A stretch of 54,981 nucleotides of DNA from an uncultured Micrococcales bacterium (GTDB lineage: Bacteria > Actinomycetota > Actinomycetes > Actinomycetales > Microbacteriaceae): contig CAISOV010000083.1 in NCBI GenBank assembly GCA_903887175.1, positions 1 through 54,981 on the forward strand, read 5' to 3'. Each line of letters begins with the position of its first letter. The stretch's first letter is position 1. Under the pieces are notes generated by a model that was not told the DNA's origin, made no database searches, and saw only the letters and a list, made by a program, of their open reading frames with translations. A program made the translations under genes and the position numbers. Below, piece by piece: positions 48,970 through 54,981 of this stretch.

Positions 48970-50304
48970 CTAAAGGCTTGCTAGACCGGCCTCGACAACA
49001 TCAAGCGCATCGTTGAGCAGTTCGTTAGTGATAGCCAGTGACGGCAAGAAACGAATGACGTTGTTGTAGGTTCCCGCGTTCAAAATCAATACACCGTTTT
49101 TGTGGCAGTGAGCGACAATCGCGTTCACCGCTGCCGGGTTCGGGTTCAAAGTGCCAGGCTCTACGAGCTCTATCGCAACCATCGCCCCGCGACCGCGAAC
49201 CTGAGCGATTTGAGGGTATTTCGCCTGCATCGCCTCTAGGCGACCATAGAGAATGCCTTCGATGCGCTTAGCTTCTTCGAGCACGCCACCGGCTTCGATC
49301 TGACGAAGCACCGCAATGGCTGCAGCCGCTGAAACTGGGTTGCCGCCAAATGTTCCGCCGATGCCGCCAGGGTGCGATGCATCCATGATCTCAGCTCGAC
49401 CGGTGACCGCTGAAATCGGCATGCCGCCGCCAATGCCCTTAGCGATGGTCATCAGATCTGGTTCGAAAGTTGGTTCGAACTCGCTCGCAAACCACTGACC
49501 GGTGCGGGCAATACCAGCCTGCACTTCGTCAGCAACGACAACAATGCCGTTTTCGTGAGCCCAGTTCGAGAGCGCCGTCAAGAAGCCGGGGGCAGGAACA
49601 ATAAAGCCACCCTCGCCCTGAATCGGTTCAATGACAATCGCCGCCAAGTTTTCGGCGCCAATGCGCTTTTCAAGATAAGTGATTGAGCGCTGGGCGGCTT
49701 GTTCGCCAGTGAGACCAGCTGGGTCGCGAAGCGGGTAGCTCATCGGAACGTGGGTTACACCCGGCGCAAAAGGGCCAAAGCCTGATGCATAAGGCATGGC
49801 CTTGAAGTTCATCGCCATGGTGAGGTTAGTTCGGCCGTGGTATCCGTGGTCAAAAACTGCGATCTCGCCGCGACCGGTGAATTTGCGAGCAATCTTCACC
49901 GCATTTTCGACAGCTTCAGAACCTGAGTTGAATAGAGCCGACTTCTTGGCAAAGTTGCCAGGCATGTGGGCGTTAAGAATCTGGCAGACCTCGACGTATT
50001 CCTGATAAGGCGTCAAAGTGAAAAGTGTGTGGGTGAGTTCACCAACCTGCTCGCGAACCGCGTTGATGACACCGGCGTTAGTGTGCCCGATGGTGGTAAC
50101 ACCAATGCCCGAACCAAGGTCAATAATGTGGTTGCCGTCGGCATCTATAATGATTGCGCCATTAGCTTTTTCAACAAAAATGCCCAAGGCGGTTCCAACG
50201 CCAGCGCCAACGGCTTTTAGGCGCTGAGCTTGAAGAGCTTGTGATTTAGGGCCAGGAATCTCAGTAACAACTTTGCGCTGTTGCGCGATAGTGAATTCGC
50301 TCAT
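48970..50304 (-). CDS. gabT: 4-aminobutyrate--2-oxoglutarate transaminase
   Basis: NSGSEAVENAVKIAR, YHGRT, EPIQGEGGF, ADEVQAG, AKGIGGG, GGTFGGNP; TAGACT-N7-ATG at 50304. Confidence 0.93.
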   Translation of the reverse strand: MSEFTIAQQRKVVTEIPGPKSQALQAQRLKAVGAGVGTALGIFVEKANGAIIIDADGNHIIDLGSGIGVTTIGHTNAGVINAVREQVGELTHTLFTLTPYQEYVEVCQILNAHMPGNFAKKSALFNSGSEAVENAVKIARKFTGRGEIAVFDHGYHGRTNLTMAMNFKAMPYASGFGPFAPGVTHVPMSYPLRDPAGLTGEQAAQRSITYLEKRIGAENLAAIVIEPIQGEGGFIVPAPGFLTALSNWAHENGIVVVADEVQAGIARTGQWFASEFEPTFEPDLMTIAKGIGGGMPISAVTGRAEIMDASHPGGIGGTFGGNPVSAAAAIAVLRQIEAGGVLEEAKRIEGILYGRLEAMQAKYPQIAQVRGRGAMVAIELVEPGTLNPNPAAVNAIVAHCHKNGVLILNAGTYNNVIRFLPSLAITNELLNDALDVVEAGLASL

Positions 50305-50414
50305 AAATAAAAGTCTATGCCCGCGCAAACTCGCTTAGGCAAGCTTGCGCCCAAGCCGCATAAAGATTTCAGGCAAAGTCCAGCAGATGTGCAAACAACT
50401 GGCACAATAAACGC

Positions 50415-51506
50415 ATGCGCTCCGTAATAATTCTCGGCTCAACCGGTTCAATCGGCACCCAAGCACTTGAGGTGGTCGCTGCGAACCCTGATCGTTTCAA
50501 AGTGGTTGGTTTGGCTGCGGGCACCAACGCCGAATTGCTTGAGCAGCAGCGCCGCATTTTTGGGGTCGCCGCCGACAAAGCTGTGCTCGGTGCTGAGGCG
50601 GCAACGAGGCTCGTGCTTGACACTGACGCCGATGTTGTAGTCAACGGAATTACCGGCTCGATCGGTCTGGCCCCAACCCTTGCGACCCTTGAAACTGGCA
50701 AGACGCTTGCCCTAGCCAACAAAGAGTCTCTTATTGTTGGCGGCCGCCTGGTTACCGAAGCTGCAAAACCTGGGCAAATTGTGCCGGTCGACAGCGAACA
50801 CTCAGCGCTTGCCCAGTGCTTGCTCAGTGGCACTTCAAGTGAAGTGCAAAAGCTCATCTTGACCGCGTCAGGCGGCCCATTTCGCGGGTATTCACGCGAG
50901 CAGCTACAAGACGTTACCCCAGCAATGGCGCTTGCCCACCCAACCTGGGTGATGGGCAAAGTGGTGACGACAAACTCGGCAACTTTGGTCAACAAAGGTC
51001 TTGAGCTGATCGAAGCTCACCTTTTGTTTGATGTGCCATTCGATCGCATCGCCGTCACTGTGCACCCGCAATCAATCGTTCACTCGATGGTTGAGTTCGT
51101 TGACGGCTCGGTGATCGCGCAGTGCTCACCGCCGACCATGAAGCTGCCGATTGCCCTGGGAATGTCTTGGCCCGAGCGTGTGCCAAATGTGGCTGCCGCT
51201 TGCGACTTCACTCAAGCGGCCACTTGGAGTTTTGAGCCACTTGACGAAGCCGTTTTTGGCGCGGTGCGGTTGGCGCGACAGGTTGGCACCGCTGGTTTGA
51301 CCTACCCTGCCGTTTATAACGCGGCCAACGAGCAGGCTGTCGAAGCTTTTCATGCTGGACGCATCGGTTTCAACCAAATTGTTGATGTGGTTGAGAGAGT
51401 TGTTGACGCTCACAATGCCGACCCAATTTTGAGTCTGGATGCAGTATTGGCTGCCGAAACTTGGGCTCGCGACCGAGCCGAAGCGCAAATGGCAACGGCT
51501 TGCTAG
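50415..51506 (+). CDS. dxr: 1-deoxy-D-xylulose-5-phosphate reductoisomerase
   Basis: [41 protein letters not shown]. Confidence 0.97.
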   Translation: MRSVIILGSTGSIGTQALEVVAANPDRFKVVGLAAGTNAELLEQQRRIFGVAADKAVLGAEAATRLVLDTDADVVVNGITGSIGLAPTLATLETGKTLALANKESLIVGGRLVTEAAKPGQIVPVDSEHSALAQCLLSGTSSEVQKLILTASGGPFRGYSREQLQDVTPAMALAHPTWVMGKVVTTNSATLVNKGLELIEAHLLFDVPFDRIAVTVHPQSIVHSMVEFVDGSVIAQCSPPTMKLPIALGMSWPERVPNVAAACDFTQAATWSFEPLDEAVFGAVRLARQVGTAGLTYPAVYNAANEQAVEAFHAGRIGFNQIVDVVERVVDAHNADPILSLDAVLAAETWARDRAEAQMATAC

Positions 51507-51569
51507 CCGCACCAGACCTACCTTGCAAATCTTAGGCAAATTGTCAGCACCATCAGTTAGCGTTGAAGC

Positions 51570-52913
51570 GTGAACCAAACTTTGCTTTTTATTCTCGGTG
51601 TTGTCTTGCTAATGATTGGCGTCGGCGCCTCGATTGCGATTCATGAGCTCGGCCACATGTATCCAGCTAAAAAATTTGGGGTGTTGGTCACAAAATACAT
51701 GATTGGGTTTGGCCCAACAATCAAATCTTGGCGACGCGGTGAAACCGAATATGGTTTCAAGATGATTCCCCTCGGTGGTTACATTGCGATGGTTGGAATG
51801 TTTCCCAGCAAAACTGCCGACGATGCAAACGGCACGCAGTTATCTGCTAAGCGAGGCCTTCGGGCGCCTAAGTTCTGGCGTGAGCTCGTGGACCAAGCCC
51901 GTGAGGCTAATGCCGACCAATCAGCTTCGGTTGCCAAAAACCGATGGTTTACCAGTTTGCCGATTTATAAGCGACTCATCATCATGTTTGGTGGGCCGTT
52001 TATGAACTTGGTCTTTGGCTCGGCTTTGCTGTTTTTGGCCTTAGGCGTGATCGGCACGCCCGCTATGGGCAACTCAATTGCCAAAGTTTATGACTGCGTG
52101 CCTAGCGATCAGGTTAAGTTTGCCTGTGTCACCGCAGACCCAATCAGCCCCGCGAAAACCGCTGGAATCATCACCGGTGATCGGGTGGTCGCTTTCAACG
52201 GAATCCAAGCCTCTAAGTGGAGTGACATCAGCGGCGAATTGGCGAATCGAATCGGTCAACCAACCAGCATTCAGGTGCTTCGCGGCGGCAAAACCGTCAA
52301 CTTGATGATTACCCCGGTAGCCATGCAGGTGCCGGTCTATGACTCCACTGGCAAGCCGATGATTGACGCTGCCGGCAACCCGCTCAAGCAACTTCACGCA
52401 TTCATCGGGGTTCAACTCAAACCTGCAATGGTGGGGCAGTCGGCATCACAGGTGGTTGGCGAAATAGGCAATCAGCTTGGGGGCACAGCGGGCATGATTA
52501 TTGCCCTGCCGGGTGAAGTCGGTCAAATGGCGAGTGCGACGTTTGGCGGCGGCAAGCGAGCATCAAACGGCCCAGTTTCGTTACTCGGTGTCGGTCAGAT
52601 TGCCGGCCAAGTTGCTAGCAGCCCCGAGCTTGACCTTGCCCAGAAATTTGCGGCAGGGCTGAGCATTCTGGCATCGCTTAACTTTGCGCTATTCGTTTTC
52701 AACTTGATTCCGCTGCTGCCGCTTGATGGCGGGCACATGGCAGCTGCACTTTTTGAAAGCATAAAGCGGGGCTGGTTTAAGTTGCGCAAAAAAACCTGGC
52801 GAGGCCCGGTTGACCTAACAAAAATAGTTCCGCTGACTTATGCAATGTGGCTAGTTTTGATGGCCATGAGTTTGCTCTTCATAGTGGCAGACATCGTAAA
52901 GCCAATCGCCTAG
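51570..52913 (+). CDS. rip1: M50 site-2 protease (RseP/Rip1) with PDZ domain
   Basis: HELGH, GPFMN, FNLIPLLPLDGGH; dxr-rip1-ispG gene order. Confidence 0.9.
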   Translation: MNQTLLFILGVVLLMIGVGASIAIHELGHMYPAKKFGVLVTKYMIGFGPTIKSWRRGETEYGFKMIPLGGYIAMVGMFPSKTADDANGTQLSAKRGLRAPKFWRELVDQAREANADQSASVAKNRWFTSLPIYKRLIIMFGGPFMNLVFGSALLFLALGVIGTPAMGNSIAKVYDCVPSDQVKFACVTADPISPAKTAGIITGDRVVAFNGIQASKWSDISGELANRIGQPTSIQVLRGGKTVNLMITPVAMQVPVYDSTGKPMIDAAGNPLKQLHAFIGVQLKPAMVGQSASQVVGEIGNQLGGTAGMIIALPGEVGQMASATFGGGKRASNGPVSLLGVGQIAGQVASSPELDLAQKFAAGLSILASLNFALFVFNLIPLLPLDGGHMAAALFESIKRGWFKLRKKTWRGPVDLTKIVPLTYAMWLVLMAMSLLFIVADIVKPIA

Positions 52914-52977
52914 CCGTTTATGCTTTAACCAATGCTTTGGGGCAAGCCCTCTGACATTCATGAACTTTTGAAAAGGT

Positions 52978-54138
52978 GTGAAATTGGCAGCAATTAACCT
53001 CGGTATGCCAGGCGCAAAGCCTCCAGTCATCGCTCCGCGACGCGTTTCGCGAAAGATTATGGTGGGCAAAGTTGCAGTTGGTGGCGATGCGCCGATTAGC
53101 GTTCAGTCGATGACCACCACTCCAACCACCGACATCAACGGCACACTGCAGCAAATCGCTGAACTAACGGCAAGTGGCTGTGACATCGTTCGTGTGGCTT
53201 GCCCAAGCCAAGACGACGCTGATGTGCTTCACATAATTGCCCGAAAGTCACAAATTCCAGTAATCGCCGACATTCACTTTCAACCAAAATATGTTTTTCA
53301 GGCCATCGATGCCGGTTGTGGCGCGGTTCGTGTCAACCCAGGCAACATTCGTCAGTTCGACGATCAGGTTGGCCCAATTGCAAAGGCTGCTAAAGAAGCG
53401 GGCGTTTCGATTCGCATCGGAGTAAACGCTGGTTCGCTTGACCCGCGACTTTTGCAAAAATATGGCAAAGCCACACCAGAGGCCCTGGTTGAGTCTGCCG
53501 TGTGGGAGGCCAGCTTGTTCGAAGAGCATGACTTTCACGACTTCAAAATCTCTGTGAAACACAATGACCCAGTTGTTATGGTGCGTGCCTATCAGCTGTT
53601 AGCTGAACGTGGCGACTGGCCACTGCACCTAGGCGTAACCGAGGCAGGCCCAGAGTTTCAAGGCACCATCAAGTCTTCGGTAGCCTTCGGCGCGCTGCTT
53701 TCGCAGGGCATCGGCGACACTATTCGAGTCTCGCTTTCGGCACCACCAGCTCAAGAAATCAAAGTGGGTTCGCAAATTCTTGAAAGCCTCAACCTGCGCC
53801 CGCGCAAACTCGAAATCGTGAGCTGCCCAAGCTGCGGTCGCGCCCAAGTAGATGTTTATAAACTTGCCAACGATGTCACAGCAGGCCTCGAAAAACTAAC
53901 CGTGCCACTGCGCGTGGCCGTAATGGGTTGTGTTGTGAATGGCCCGGGTGAAGCTCGCGAAGCAGACCTAGGTGTGGCTTCAGGCAACGGCAAAGGTCAA
54001 ATTTTTGTCAAGGGTGAAGTAATCAAAACTGTGCCCGAAAGCGAAATCGTCGCCACACTAATCGAAGAAGCAAACCGCATGGCTGCCGAGATGGACGCCA
54101 GCAAGCTTGGCTCGCCAACCGTCGAAATCATCAAATAG
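52978..54138 (+). CDS. ispG: (E)-4-hydroxy-3-methylbut-2-enyl-diphosphate synthase
   Basis: [43 protein letters not shown]; start may be TTG 52984. Confidence 0.97.
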   Translation: MKLAAINLGMPGAKPPVIAPRRVSRKIMVGKVAVGGDAPISVQSMTTTPTTDINGTLQQIAELTASGCDIVRVACPSQDDADVLHIIARKSQIPVIADIHFQPKYVFQAIDAGCGAVRVNPGNIRQFDDQVGPIAKAAKEAGVSIRIGVNAGSLDPRLLQKYGKATPEALVESAVWEASLFEEHDFHDFKISVKHNDPVVMVRAYQLLAERGDWPLHLGVTEAGPEFQGTIKSSVAFGALLSQGIGDTIRVSLSAPPAQEIKVGSQILESLNLRPRKLEIVSCPSCGRAQVDVYKLANDVTAGLEKLTVPLRVAVMGCVVNGPGEAREADLGVASGNGKGQIFVKGEVIKTVPESEIVATLIEEANRMAAEMDASKLGSPTVEIIK

Positions 54139-54157
54139 CTCGCCTAAACTGGTAGGC

Positions 54158-54981
54158 ATGCCAACACGCCTATCAAACCTGTTTCTGCGCACGCTTCGAG
54201 AAGACCCAGCCGAGGCTGAGGTTGCCAGCCACAAGCTCTTGCTTCGTGCCGGCTACATTCGCCGTGCTGCCCCCGGCATTTACACTTGGTTGCCGCTCGG
54301 TTTGGCCGTAAAAGCCAAAATCGAAAAAGTTGTGCGCGAAGAAATGGCTAACGCAGGCGCTCAAGAAGTGTTTTTTCCGGCGCTATTGCCGCGCGAACCT
54401 TATGAGGCTACCGGCCGTTGGACCGAATACGGTGACAACCTGTTTCGCCTGCAAGACCGCAAAAAAGCGGATTATCTGCTAGCTCCAACCCACGAAGAGA
54501 TGTTCACCCTATTGGTGAAAGACCTCTATTCAAGCTACAAAGACCTGCCAGTAGCTCTATTTCAAATTCAGAACAAGTACCGCGACGAAGCCCGCCCACG
54601 TGCCGGTCTGCTTCGCGGTCGCGAGTTTGTCATGAAAGATGCCTACAGCTTCGACGTGACCGATGAGGGTCTTGACAAGGCCTATCAAGCTCAACGCGAT
54701 GCCTACGAGCGAATCTTTACGCGTCTGGGTGTCGAATATGTCATCGTGCGTGCCGACGCAGGCGCAATGGGTGGTTCAGCCAGCGAAGAGTTTCTGTCGC
54801 CATCAGCTATCGGCGAAGACACCTTCGTGCGTTCACCAGGTGGCTATGCGGCCAACGTTGAGGCAGTTGCAACTGTGCCGCCAGCATCTGTTGCCATTGC
54901 AGGTCAAGCTGCTGCCCACAAAGTGAGCACCCCAAAAACCACCGGCATCAAAGCACTCGTGGCTTTGGCTAACGGCAACCC
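54158..54981 (+). CDS. proS: Proline--tRNA ligase, 3'-truncated by the window edge (not in the ORF track)
   Basis: [48 protein letters not shown]..., [32 protein letters not shown]; TAAACT-N7-ATG. Confidence 0.96.
   Translation, partial: MPTRLSNLFLRTLREDPAEAEVASHKLLLRAGYIRRAAPGIYTWLPLGLAVKAKIEKVVREEMANAGAQEVFFPALLPREPYEATGRWTEYGDNLFRLQDRKKADYLLAPTHEEMFTLLVKDLYSSYKDLPVALFQIQNKYRDEARPRAGLLRGREFVMKDAYSFDVTDEGLDKAYQAQRDAYERIFTRLGVEYVIVRADAGAMGGSASEEFLSPSAIGEDTFVRSPGGYAANVEAVATVPPASVAIAGQAAAHKVSTPKTTGIKALVALANGN

Noticed and set aside
50369-50995. Long antisense ORFs opposite dxr (and similar ones opposite lysA/hom, aglG, ald, potA)
   Set aside because: Typical antisense open frames caused by codon bias in well-supported sense genes.
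54173-54926. Short ORFs in the track at the window end
   Set aside because: Off-frame or antisense to proS, which starts at 54158 and runs off the window.

Overview
Mostly core chromosome of a moderate-GC, compactly organised actinobacterium. Gene content and order point to Microbacteriaceae, probably a freshwater Rhodoluna/Aquiluna-like lineage (inference). In order: 3' part of a UPF0182 membrane protein with a (Gly-Thr)19 tract, initiator tRNA-fMet, a basic secreted PKD-like protein, HtrA, DUF3039, pncB, murI-rph-rdgB, dedA, tRNA-Arg(CCG), a sugar ABC cassette with LacI-type operators, argS-lysA-hom-thrC-thrB-rho-prfA-prmC-tsaC-wecA-like, the atp operon, PduO-type adenosyltransferase/yaaA, an ECF sigma + putative anti-sigma pair, ogt, a ~14 kb polyamine/GABA catabolic cluster (Lrp regulator, three class-III aminotransferases, aminobutyraldehyde dehydrogenase, ald, PotABCD-like transporter, with an SDR and a single-domain FtsK-like ATPase inside it), then dxr-rip1-ispG and the start of proS. 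I saw no mobile element, CRISPR array, rRNA or defence island. The best signals are regulatory. (1) An ECF sigma gene and its partner carry the same exact element, TGAAAGAT-N10-AGCGACATAA-N7-ATG. (2) Two ~31-bp-periodic Lrp-type arrays appear to define a polyamine regulon. (3) A TGTGCACAA motif sits in helical phase before two uncharacterised envelope genes. (4) tRNA-Arg ends 1 nt before the dedA ATG. (5) atpB probably starts at CTG. (6) Leaderless promoters are pervasive, including a 22-bp bidirectional one. All product calls come from my own recognition of motifs; no database searches were run.
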